38,508 nucleotides of DNA from positions 1 through 38,508 of the IMG/VR virus record IMGVR_UViG_3300017700_000626, one strand, 5' to 3'. A model generated the notes under the pieces. The model was given only the letters and a program-made list of their open reading frames with translations. It had not been told where the DNA came from and searched no databases. Below are positions 1 to 8,491 of this stretch, in pieces. Both the position numbers and the translations under genes were made by a program. Positions within the stretch are counted from its first letter, which is position 1, and each line of letters opens with the position of its first letter. This DNA comes from a virus. Lineage: Duplodnaviria > Caudoviricetes.

Positions 1-122
1 GAGCGGGATAGTCGGGCGGTTCACGGCACGAACCAAGGCCCACGGCGGGTGAGAGAGCCGTTCGGATGCTGGCACGGTAGTTCAGCGCGAGAACGTTTCC
101 CTCATCCACTATGGAGGCCCTG

Positions 123-1172
123 ATGGCCCTGACTTCCTACGGCGTAAATGCCCCCGAAGCGGTTAAGCTCTGGTCGAAAGCCCTTAGCCGCGAAGCCCTG
201 AAAGCCACTTGGATTGGCAAGTTCATTGGTGATGGCGCTGATAGCCTGATCCAGCAAAAGGACGACTTCAAGAAGTCTGCGGGTGACCGCCTGACTCTGA
301 CCCTGCGTATGCAGTTGACCGGCGATGGCGTGCTGGGCGACGGCACTCTGGAGGGCAACGAAGAGCGTCTGACCACCTACACCGACAACCTCCTGATTGA
401 TCAGCTTCGTCACGCCGTCCGTTCGGCTGGCAAGATGACCGAGCAACGCATCCCGTGGAGCATCCGCGAGGAAGCCAAGGACGGTCTGGTTGACTGGTGG
501 GCCGGTCGTATGGACACCGCGTTCTTCAACCAACTGTGCGGCTACACCGCTCAGACCGATCTGCGCTACACCGGCAACAACGCCGTTCTGGCTCCGACCA
601 CGGTTGTCCGTCCCAACTCGCGCGCCAACGATCAGTCGCTGGTCGCGGGTGATGAGTTCACCCTGCAACTGATTGATGCTGCGGTGGCTCAGGCGAAGCT
701 GGCCACGCCGGTCATGCGTCCGCTGAAGATGAACGGTGAAGACCGTTACGTCCTGTTCCTGCACACCAACCAAGTCACCCAACTGCGGACCAACACCGCC
801 TCGGGTCAATGGCTGGACATCCAGAAGGCCGCTGCTACCGGCGACGGCTCGAAGAACAACCCGATCTGGACGGGTGCGCTGGGTATGTATAACGGCGTCA
901 TCCTGCACGAATCGACCCGCATCACTCCGGGGGTCAACTCGTCCACGGGCGCTTCGGTCGCCAACACCCGTCGTGCCGTTCTGGCTGGCGCTCAGGCCGT
1001 TGTTCTCGGCTTCGGCGGCGGCGAGTCCTACGGTTCGTGGGACTGGAACGAAGAACTGTTCGACTACGGCAATCAGCTTGGCGTCGAAGCCGGTTCGATC
1101 TTCGGTCTGAAGGCGGTTCGCTACAACTCTGCTGATTTCTCGAAAATCGGCATTCACACCTATACCGCTTAA
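123..1172 (+). CDS. Major capsid protein (N4-gp56/DUF4043-like)
   Basis: Motifs 'VKLWSKAL', 'KKSAGDRLT', 'LEGNEERL', 'IDQLRHAV' and 'WNEELFDYGN'. GGAGG at 113-117 favours ATG 123 over 111. Confidence 0.9.
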   Translation: MALTSYGVNAPEAVKLWSKALSREALKATWIGKFIGDGADSLIQQKDDFKKSAGDRLTLTLRMQLTGDGVLGDGTLEGNEERLTTYTDNLLIDQLRHAVRSAGKMTEQRIPWSIREEAKDGLVDWWAGRMDTAFFNQLCGYTAQTDLRYTGNNAVLAPTTVVRPNSRANDQSLVAGDEFTLQLIDAAVAQAKLATPVMRPLKMNGEDRYVLFLHTNQVTQLRTNTASGQWLDIQKAAATGDGSKNNPIWTGALGMYNGVILHESTRITPGVNSSTGASVANTRRAVLAGAQAVVLGFGGGESYGSWDWNEELFDYGNQLGVEAGSIFGLKAVRYNSADFSKIGIHTYTA

Positions 1173-1184
1173 GGAGGGCTGGTC

Positions 1185-1583
1185 ATGGCTGTAACTGCAC
1201 GTCAGAACGCGACCCAAGAGGTCCATTACATCCGCGCCAACGTCGCCTTCAACACGGCGGCTTCGGGTACTCAGGTCAGCATGGGCGCGGCTCTGCCTGC
1301 CAACGCGGTGGTTCTCTACACCTCGGTTGGCGTTCAGACCGCCTTCAACGCTGCTACCACCAACGTCCTCATTGTCGGCACCGCCGCTGATGATGATGCT
1401 CTGGTGGCCGCTGCGGGCGCGGACGAAACCGCTGTGGGCGTCACCAACGTCACCCCGGCGACGCTGGGCGGCATTATGTCGTCCTCGGTCGATACCGAAC
1501 TGTTCTGGAAGTTTACCCAGACCGGCACGGCGGCGACCACGGGCGCGGCGACCATCGTTGTCTGCTACGTCCCGAACGCCTAA
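1185..1583 (+). CDS. Probable capsid decoration/minor head protein
   Basis: 132 aa, Ala/Thr/Val-rich and beta-type. It directly follows the MCP with a strong AAGGAGG RBS and precedes a hairpin. Confidence 0.65.
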   Translation: MAVTARQNATQEVHYIRANVAFNTAASGTQVSMGAALPANAVVLYTSVGVQTAFNAATTNVLIVGTAADDDALVAAAGADETAVGVTNVTPATLGGIMSSSVDTELFWKFTQTGTAATTGAATIVVCYVPNA

Positions 1584-1590
1584 AGGAACT

Positions 1591-1616
1591 GGAGGGCTGG
1601 CTTCGGCTGGCCCTCC
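1591..1616 (+). terminator. 11-bp stem with cUUCGg tetraloop (attenuator or mRNA-stabilising hairpin)
   Basis: GGAGGGCTGGC-TTCG-GCTGGCCCTCC after the capsid/decoration genes. It has no U-tract, so it is likely leaky. Confidence 0.65.
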
Positions 1617-1626
1617 GATCCCCTGA

Positions 1627-2256
1627 ATGGCAACCCTTGACGATCTTCGCGCCCGGATTATCGCTGAGACGAATCGCGACGATCTGACGGACGAACTGGC
1701 GACTGCGCTTGATGAGGTCATCGCGCGGTCGATTGACTATTTTGCTGTCCAACGCTTCAGCTTCAATGAGTATCGTCAGACAGGTGTGACGGTAGCGGAC
1801 ACGCAGTATGTGACGCTTCCGACCGGCGTTCGCATGATCGACTATCTGTCGGTGACGGTCGGAGCCAACGCCTATCCGCTGCGAATGCAGTCGTGGGACG
1901 TGATTGAGGAATGGAACGGCTACGCCACCACCTCGGGTCAGCCTACGGACTTCTCGGTTCAGGACGGTCAGGTGCGACTCTACCCGGTTCCGAATATCGC
2001 CTATGCCCTGACCTTCCTTGGCGTGGCTGACGTGACTCCGGCGCTGGACTATGACGACGGAACGTCAACGAATGCATGGCTTACGAAGGGCTATGACCTG
2101 ATTGCGGCCCGCGTCCGGTACATTCTTTATCGCGACTACTTCCGGGATGCGGAAGGCGCTCAGATTGCCTTGGGAGCCCAACAGGAGGCCCTGAGTGATC
2201 TGCGGAACGAGGCCAGCAAGCTTCTCGGAACGGGGAGGCTGCGGGGATCATGGTAG
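1627..2256 (+). CDS. Head-tail adaptor protein
   Basis: Helical N-terminus 'TLDDLRARI', 'GQPTDFSV..QVRLYPVP' and 'TNAWL' features typical of podovirus adaptors, plus position. Confidence 0.7.
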   Translation: MATLDDLRARIIAETNRDDLTDELATALDEVIARSIDYFAVQRFSFNEYRQTGVTVADTQYVTLPTGVRMIDYLSVTVGANAYPLRMQSWDVIEEWNGYATTSGQPTDFSVQDGQVRLYPVPNIAYALTFLGVADVTPALDYDDGTSTNAWLTKGYDLIAARVRYILYRDYFRDAEGAQIALGAQQEALSDLRNEASKLLGTGRLRGSW

Positions 2257-2477
2257 CGCCGAACCTCATCATCGTTGAGCCTGAGACGCCGCAATGGTGG
2301 AAGCGGGCCGCTGAGCGTTTTGAGCGCCTCTTTGTGGCGGCTAACCGCCCCTTGCAGCTTACGGGCTACACGACGGCCAATCTTCCTGACCCGGCTCAGT
2401 GGAAAGCCTGCCTTTTGTATGATCTGACTGACGATATGGTCAAAGTTTCTGACGGAGCGACGTGGAATGCCCTCTAG
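2250..2477 (+). CDS. Small virion/hypothetical protein
   Basis: 75 aa ORF coupled within the structural operon; 'YTTANLP..VSDGATW' fibre-like module. Confidence 0.6.
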   Translation: MVAPNLIIVEPETPQWWKRAAERFERLFVAANRPLQLTGYTTANLPDPAQWKACLLYDLTDDMVKVSDGATWNAL

Positions 2478-3813
2478 CCCCACTCCTCTGCTGAATGTGG
2501 AACAACAGGCTGCGGGTGAAAACCTGAACGTCTGGGGTGATCCGAACCTGAACGCCGCGCTGCAACGGCTGACGGAGGCTATCGCCGCGACCACTTCTGT
2601 CAGCACTTATCCGATCACGCTGACCTCCACGAACTATGTGGCGAACCAAGCTCGCAACATGATCCTGTCCTGTACGGGATTGGGCGGAACGATCACGATT
2701 CCGGGGCAGTCGAAGCTTTACATCGTCCGCAACGCTTCATCCGGCAATGTGGTGATTTCCGCTGGCGGCTTGACCGCTACGGTGGCGTCTGGAGACACGG
2801 TTCCGGTGATCTGTGACGGGACGGATTGTCGTCTGGTCTCGCGCACCGATTTCCAGAACGCGGTGTTGAAGAACGTCGCCAACGGCTCTAGTGCGCTTGA
2901 TGGCGTGAACCGTCAGCAGCTTGATGCGACCTTGGCTGCGGCTCAGGCCTACACGGACGCCACGGCCTTTGCCTCGGCCTCTCTGCCCGGTCAGGCGGGC
3001 AATAGCGGCAAGTTCCTGACGACGGACGGAAGCAACACGTCATGGGCTCAGGTCTATCCGTCCTTCTCCGGGACGACGGATTATTTCCTGACCAGCACGG
3101 GTTCAGCCTCTGCTTGGTCGTCACCCGCTACCGTTCGGACGAAATTGTCTCTGGGCGGCGCTGCGCTTCTGAATGTGGGGACTTCTGCCGGAACGGTGGC
3201 GGCGGGTAATGACTCGCGCATCGTGGGCGCGGCCCAACTGTCCGGGGCCGTCTATACGGGCGCTATCTCCGGTCCCTCGGCGGTGTTTACGTCCTTCACC
3301 GGAGCCTTGACGGGCAACGCCACCACGGCAACCGCATTGGCCACGGCGCGAGACCTTAGCCTGACGGGTGACGGCACAGCCACCCTTTCGAGCTTCAATG
3401 GTTCCGCTAACGTCTCGGCGGCCTTTACGCTGGCTAACTCGGGCGTGACGGCGGGAACTTATGGCCGGGTGACTGTGGACGCCAAGGGCCGGGTTACGGC
3501 TGGTGTGGCCACGGCTGGACGCCTTTACGCTATGGGAACGTTCAACGGTGTTACGGGCGCGACGCTGAGCGCCAGCGGGATCAGCATAAGCCGAAGCTCG
3601 ACCGGGGTTTATACCGTGACCCTTTCCCCGGCTGCGCCTGACGCGAACTATGTGTTTTCCGTGATGCCTGTAGATGGGGCTTTCGGCGGCCCGTTCGTTC
3701 CGTCCGTTACGTCGGTCACGGCCTCCGGCTTCAGCCTGAACACCACCTATTACAACGGGGGAGCGGTTGGCTCATACGATCCCGTCTCGATCCGAATCGC
3801 GGTCTTTGTCTGA
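2467..3813 (+). CDS. Tail fibre-like structural protein
   Basis: Gly/Ser/Thr-rich, with fibre repeats 'GKFLTTDGSNTSW' and 'GVTAGTYGRVTVDAKGRVTAG'. Confidence 0.75.
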   Translation: MPSSPTPLLNVEQQAAGENLNVWGDPNLNAALQRLTEAIAATTSVSTYPITLTSTNYVANQARNMILSCTGLGGTITIPGQSKLYIVRNASSGNVVISAGGLTATVASGDTVPVICDGTDCRLVSRTDFQNAVLKNVANGSSALDGVNRQQLDATLAAAQAYTDATAFASASLPGQAGNSGKFLTTDGSNTSWAQVYPSFSGTTDYFLTSTGSASAWSSPATVRTKLSLGGAALLNVGTSAGTVAAGNDSRIVGAAQLSGAVYTGAISGPSAVFTSFTGALTGNATTATALATARDLSLTGDGTATLSSFNGSANVSAAFTLANSGVTAGTYGRVTVDAKGRVTAGVATAGRLYAMGTFNGVTGATLSASGISISRSSTGVYTVTLSPAAPDANYVFSVMPVDGAFGGPFVPSVTSVTASGFSLNTTYYNGGAVGSYDPVSIRIAVFV

Positions 3814-5423
3814 TGCGCGTTCCGCTTGCCATACAGCCCGGCCTCAACCTCGACGATACTGTTTTCGACGTGGGTTCCGGCGCGTGGGGTGATGTGGACA
3901 AGGTGCGGTTCTGGCGTGGCAAGCCTCAGGTTATCGGCGGATGGGAGCGGTTCTCTGGTGACCAGCTTCAGGCCCCCTGCCGAGGCATTTACGGCTATAC
4001 GGACAACACCGGAAACCTGATCGTCGCCTATGGTTCAGCCTTGGCGCTGGAGGTTTCCTATGGAGGCGGCCTCTACGATATAACGCCCGCTTCCTTCGTT
4101 CCCGGCAATACGGACGGGACCGGCGGGCAGGGGTATGGAACCGGCACTTATTCGACGGGCCTCTATTCGGAGCCGTCGCTGGTTGACTACTTCCCGCTGA
4201 CGTGGAGCCTTTCGACCTACGGACAGGACCTGATCGCGAACCCGCGCGGGCAGACGATCTATATCTGGCCTCTGGACACTGGAACGCCCGCCATCGAGCT
4301 TGCCAACGCACCTGCTGAGGTGACGTACACGCTGGTTGTCCCTCAGCGTCAGGTGATGGCGTTCGGCTGCAATGAGGAATCGTCTGGCGACTTCAATCCG
4401 CTGTGCATCCGCTTTTCAGACATCGAGAATCCGACCGTCTGGACGACGAGTCCGACGAACAACGCCGGAGAGATTATCCTTGAGGGCGGAGGCCGGATCA
4501 TCGGTGCGCGCCTGATCGGTGATCTGATTTATGTCTGGACAGACTCCAGCCTGTTTCGGGGGCAGTTCATCGGAAGCCCTGATCAGACGTGGCGGTTTGA
4601 CCGCGTAGGAGAGCATTGCGGACTGATCGGCCCTAACGCCGCTGTGGTGGTGTCTCAGGTGGCCTATTGGATGAGTACGGAGGTGCAGTTCTATCAATGC
4701 TCTCTGGGGGGCGCTCCGCAACTGATCCCCAGTCCGATTCAGGCAGATGTAAAGGCGTCTATCTCGGCGGTGCAGCAGGACAAGGTGTATGCGTCCAGTT
4801 GCGCCGAGTTCGGAGAGGTGCGGTGGGATTTCCCCGACACGACGGGCTTGCCTGTTCCCGGCTCATCCTTGTTGGTCGATTCCATCGACACGCTGGATGA
4901 TGGGGAGGGCAACACCATCATGGTCGTGGGTGACATTCTGAACGGGACCGAGAACAACCGGTACGTTTCGGCTTGCACCTTGGACGGCTCTTGGTCGCGC
5001 GGGAACCTGTCCCGCACAGCCATGATCGATGCTGGCCCCGGTCAATACCCTGTCGGCACAGACTCCAACGGGTTTATCTATCTGCATGAGCGCGGTCAGT
5101 CTGCGGACGGAGACGTGCTGGAATGGAGCATGGAGACGGCGGATCAGTATATCGGTGACGCCTCGCAAATGCTGATGCTGAAGGGCGTATGGCCTGATTT
5201 TGAGGGTCAGGTTGGGCCGGTTAATCTGACGGTGGTGACGCGGAAATACCCGCAAGCGACCGAGGTTAAGCACGGGCCGTATGTTCTAACGCCGGGCAAA
5301 TCCAAGAAAGATTTTCGCGCGACAGGACGGGTTGCGCGCATTAAACTGTCCGCGAGTTCAAGTCCGTCGTTTGTTCGTGTCGGCAAGCCTGAGTTTGAGG
5401 CGGAAGGTGCAGGGTTCCAATGA
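3813..5423 (+). CDS. Tail hub/nozzle (P22 gp10-like DNA stabilisation protein)
   Basis: 536 aa beta-propeller-like ('IRFSDIENP..W', 'CGLIGPNA'), positioned before the ejection genes. Confidence 0.7.
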   Translation: MRVPLAIQPGLNLDDTVFDVGSGAWGDVDKVRFWRGKPQVIGGWERFSGDQLQAPCRGIYGYTDNTGNLIVAYGSALALEVSYGGGLYDITPASFVPGNTDGTGGQGYGTGTYSTGLYSEPSLVDYFPLTWSLSTYGQDLIANPRGQTIYIWPLDTGTPAIELANAPAEVTYTLVVPQRQVMAFGCNEESSGDFNPLCIRFSDIENPTVWTTSPTNNAGEIILEGGGRIIGARLIGDLIYVWTDSSLFRGQFIGSPDQTWRFDRVGEHCGLIGPNAAVVVSQVAYWMSTEVQFYQCSLGGAPQLIPSPIQADVKASISAVQQDKVYASSCAEFGEVRWDFPDTTGLPVPGSSLLVDSIDTLDDGEGNTIMVVGDILNGTENNRYVSACTLDGSWSRGNLSRTAMIDAGPGQYPVGTDSNGFIYLHERGQSADGDVLEWSMETADQYIGDASQMLMLKGVWPDFEGQVGPVNLTVVTRKYPQATEVKHGPYVLTPGKSKKDFRATGRVARIKLSASSSPSFVRVGKPEFEAEGAGFQ

Positions 5424-5848
5424 ACGGTCTGAATGAAGAACTTGAGGCGATGGGCGTGGACGCAACGTTGACCGTTGTTCCGCCCCCGTTGGCCCCGGAA
5501 CTGGCCCAGTTTGAACGCTGCAAAGCGTGGCTGGAGGCCGGTCTTGAGCATGGTCCGCTGACGATGGTGGATGTTCTACAGGCTGTCCAGCGCGGAGCCT
5601 TGTTCTGGCCCGGAAAGGCGTCCGCTATGGTGACGGAGATTGTCCCGTTCGGAGACGCCAAGGCTATTTCGGTTCTGACCGCTGGCGGCGACATGGCCGA
5701 GCTTAAGCAGATGGCCTTGGGCGTGGAAGCGTTCGGACGCCTCAACGGCTGCACGGTCGCTCTGATTGAGGGCCGCAAGGGTTGGGAAAAGGCCATGAAG
5801 GCTGACGGATATGAGTTTCAGTCTGTGACGCTGAGGAAGCCACTGTGA
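5420..5848 (+). CDS. GNAT-fold-like tail assembly protein
   Basis: 'AGG...E.FGR..GC...IEGRKGW.K' pattern, common between nozzle and ejection genes in podoviruses. Confidence 0.55.
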   Translation: MNGLNEELEAMGVDATLTVVPPPLAPELAQFERCKAWLEAGLEHGPLTMVDVLQAVQRGALFWPGKASAMVTEIVPFGDAKAISVLTAGGDMAELKQMALGVEAFGRLNGCTVALIEGRKGWEKAMKADGYEFQSVTLRKPL

Positions 5849-6813
5849 CCAGCAAGTCCACGAAACAGACGACCAACCAGACCACGACGCCCCAGAACCC
5901 GGCGTGGGTGACGGATGCTCTGAAAGGTTACACGGACAAGGTGAACGCCTTTGGCCAGATGCCTGCCTCGTCTCTGGTCGCCCCGGCATCGCCTTTGCAA
6001 AATCAGGCGTTTGATGCGGCGAGTCAGATGAGCGGTTCCGGCCTGTTCGGGGAAGCGGCTGGCATTGCGCGGGGGGCTGTCAATAACGGGGACGCTCAAT
6101 CCTTCATGTCGCCTTACACGCAACAGGTCGTGGACACGACCCTGCAAGGCTACGACCAGAACGCGGGAATGCAGCAAGCCGCTCTGGCGGCAAGGGGCGC
6201 GGCTAACAAGGGGTTTGGCGGTTCGCGCTTCGGCGTGGCTGAGGGTCTTCTCGGCGGCCAACTGGCTCAGGGTCGGGCCTCCACGGAGGCCGGGCTGAGG
6301 GATTCAGCCTACAACACCGGCATGGGCTATTACGGGGACGCCCAAAACCGCAATCTGGCGGCGAGCGGGCTGCTGTCCAACATCGGCTCTGCGGAGGATT
6401 CCAACCAGCGCGCCAACATCGGCCTTCTGGCGGGTCTTGGGGAAACGCAACGCGGGATTGACGCCAACTATCGCACGGCTGATCTGTCGATGTTGCAGGC
6501 TCTTGGCCAACTACACGGTCAGGGCCAATACGGCCTGTTCCAAGGTTCCAACACGCAGGGGACGACGGTCAACAAGGATAACCCCGGAACAGTGGCCCAA
6601 GTGGGTCAGGCCGCTCAAGTCGCCGCGTCTCTTGCAGCTTTGTTCTCTGATCGTCGCCTTAAGCGCAATATTGTTCCGCTTGGTAAGGGGTGGTACGCAT
6701 ATAACTACCTCTGGAGCGATGATCTTGAGGTGGGCGTCATGGCCGATGAGCATCCTGACGCCGTGATCGCTGGTCCCGGAGGCTTCGCCATGATCGACTA
6801 TGGAGCGCTGTAA
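5845..6813 (+). CDS. Ejection/internal virion protein with C-terminal S74-like chaperone domain
   Basis: Gln/Gly/Ala-rich helical body 'FMSPYTQQVVD..GFGGSR'; C-terminal 'SDRRLKRNI..Y.YNY..GVMA.E..IDY'. Confidence 0.7.
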   Translation: MTSKSTKQTTNQTTTPQNPAWVTDALKGYTDKVNAFGQMPASSLVAPASPLQNQAFDAASQMSGSGLFGEAAGIARGAVNNGDAQSFMSPYTQQVVDTTLQGYDQNAGMQQAALAARGAANKGFGGSRFGVAEGLLGGQLAQGRASTEAGLRDSAYNTGMGYYGDAQNRNLAASGLLSNIGSAEDSNQRANIGLLAGLGETQRGIDANYRTADLSMLQALGQLHGQGQYGLFQGSNTQGTTVNKDNPGTVAQVGQAAQVAASLAALFSDRRLKRNIVPLGKGWYAYNYLWSDDLEVGVMADEHPDAVIAGPGGFAMIDYGAL

Positions 6814-7550
6814 TGGGACTCTTTGGTGGAATGGCCGCTCTTCGTCCTCAGCCGACCGGCCCGTTTTCGGCGCTCGATCCGGTGGCGGCGGCTCAAGGTG
6901 CGCGTCAGGCGGCTTCTGGCCAGACCGGTTTACTGGCTGATCCTGTGGCTGAGGGTCATGGATCGGGCGGTGGCCTGATGGGCTTTCTGCGTCAGGCTCA
7001 ACAGCCGGGCGGGTTCTTTGAGCGCCTGAATACGTTCGGGGCCACGCTTCAGGACACGTCGGACGGCGGAAACCGCGCCGCCATGATCCGCCAGCAGGCC
7101 CAACAGGCCGCCGAACAACAGCGCCTTGCTGAGCAGCGGGTCAACATCAACAAGATGGCCAAGGGCCTGAATCTGTCGCCGCGCGACCAACTGATTTTCA
7201 ATGCTGACCCGGAGGCCTTCATTGAAATGGTTGGCCAACGCGAGAACGATGAGCGGGACGCAGCGGCGAAGGCGGCTGAGACCGAATATCTCAACACAGC
7301 GCGCGGCGTGTACCGGACGGGGCCGAACCCCGGCTGGCAGGAACAGTTTACGCCGGAAATGCCGAAGGCCCCAGAAGGGATGCGCTGGACCCCTGACGGC
7401 GGCCTTGAGCTTATTCCCGGCTATGCCGAAGGCCGTTCGCGCGTGGCTGGCGCTACCCGTGCGCCGCCCCGTCCTCGCGCTGCTGCCCGCTCTGGCGGTT
7501 CTCATCGAACCGCCGCTCCCGTTAACCCTGCTGCTGTTAGGTGGGACTGA
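6813..7550 (+). CDS. Ejection/internal virion protein
   Basis: Ala/Gln/Gly-rich, with TAATG coupling within the ejection cluster. Confidence 0.6.
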   Translation: MGLFGGMAALRPQPTGPFSALDPVAAAQGARQAASGQTGLLADPVAEGHGSGGGLMGFLRQAQQPGGFFERLNTFGATLQDTSDGGNRAAMIRQQAQQAAEQQRLAEQRVNINKMAKGLNLSPRDQLIFNADPEAFIEMVGQRENDERDAAAKAAETEYLNTARGVYRTGPNPGWQEQFTPEMPKAPEGMRWTPDGGLELIPGYAEGRSRVAGATRAPPRPRAAARSGGSHRTAAPVNPAAVRWD

Positions 7551-8491
7551 TGCCGCAACTTGTTGAAGGCCGCACCGGAACGCTTCCCGATGGAACGCGC
7601 GTCGTTGTGCGTGGCGGTCGTGTCGTTCCTGTGGGTGCGCCTGCCGGAGCTCCTGCCGGTGGCGTTGCTCCGGCTGGCCTGACCCGACTCCCTGACGGCT
7701 CCCTGATTACCGGAGCCGGTCCCCGTGGCGGGGCTCCTCGTCGCGTGGGTGGCTTGTCGGTTCAGGAACAGAAGCAACTTGCTGACACGCGCACGATTGG
7801 CTCACGTCTTCGGACGGACCTTGCCGATACGGAACGGTTTGCGCGTCTGGCCCAAGAGCAGCCCACGGGTGGGCTGATGGCTCTCCCCTTGATCGGGGGT
7901 CTTATCTCGGACTTCCGCGCGGCGGGCGATCCTGAGATTGATGAAATGCGGGAGATTTCCGCCCGTCTGACTCCGGCTCAACGTCCTGCCGGTTCGGGCG
8001 CTACGTCGGACTTTGAGCAGCGACTTTACGGTCGCTCGGTTCCTTCTGTGAACCGCACGCCACAAGCCAACGAAGCGGTTATCAATCGGGGTCGTTCGCG
8101 GGCCGGTGAGGCGCAGCTTCGTTCTGAGTTCATGGATAGCTGGGCCTCGCGCAACGGAACCCTGCAAGGGGCTGAGCAAGCGTGGAATAATGCCTACCAG
8201 CCCCCGCGCGTAGAGGCCGATTCCCCGGAGCCCCGCGCCAATGTCCGTCCGACTGAGGCGCAACGAACCTTCATCGAGAGCATGAGGGGGCGTGACCGCA
8301 CCGCCCCGCTGGGCGACCGATCCAATCCACGCGTTCCGCCGCGTGGCTACGATGCTTCGCGCCTGCCCGCCGGAGACTGGTATGTGACCCCGGAAGGCCG
8401 TCTGGCTCAGGTTTCGGGACGTGAGCGCGGTAACGCCAACCTCCGGGCTCGTTCGGGCCGTAGCAACGTCACTGTAAGGCGCGTCGGATGA
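7550..8491 (+). CDS. Ejection/internal virion protein
   Basis: TGATG overlap gives a start at 7550; 'GSGATSDFE' motif seen in podovirus internal proteins. Confidence 0.6.
   Translation: MPQLVEGRTGTLPDGTRVVVRGGRVVPVGAPAGAPAGGVAPAGLTRLPDGSLITGAGPRGGAPRRVGGLSVQEQKQLADTRTIGSRLRTDLADTERFARLAQEQPTGGLMALPLIGGLISDFRAAGDPEIDEMREISARLTPAQRPAGSGATSDFEQRLYGRSVPSVNRTPQANEAVINRGRSRAGEAQLRSEFMDSWASRNGTLQGAEQAWNNAYQPPRVEADSPEPRANVRPTEAQRTFIESMRGRDRTAPLGDRSNPRVPPRGYDASRLPAGDWYVTPEGRLAQVSGRERGNANLRARSGRSNVTVRRVG

Noticed and set aside
102-1721. 539-aa antisense ORF over the capsid genes
   Set aside because: Shadow frame of strongly biased GC-rich codons; no motifs or RBS.
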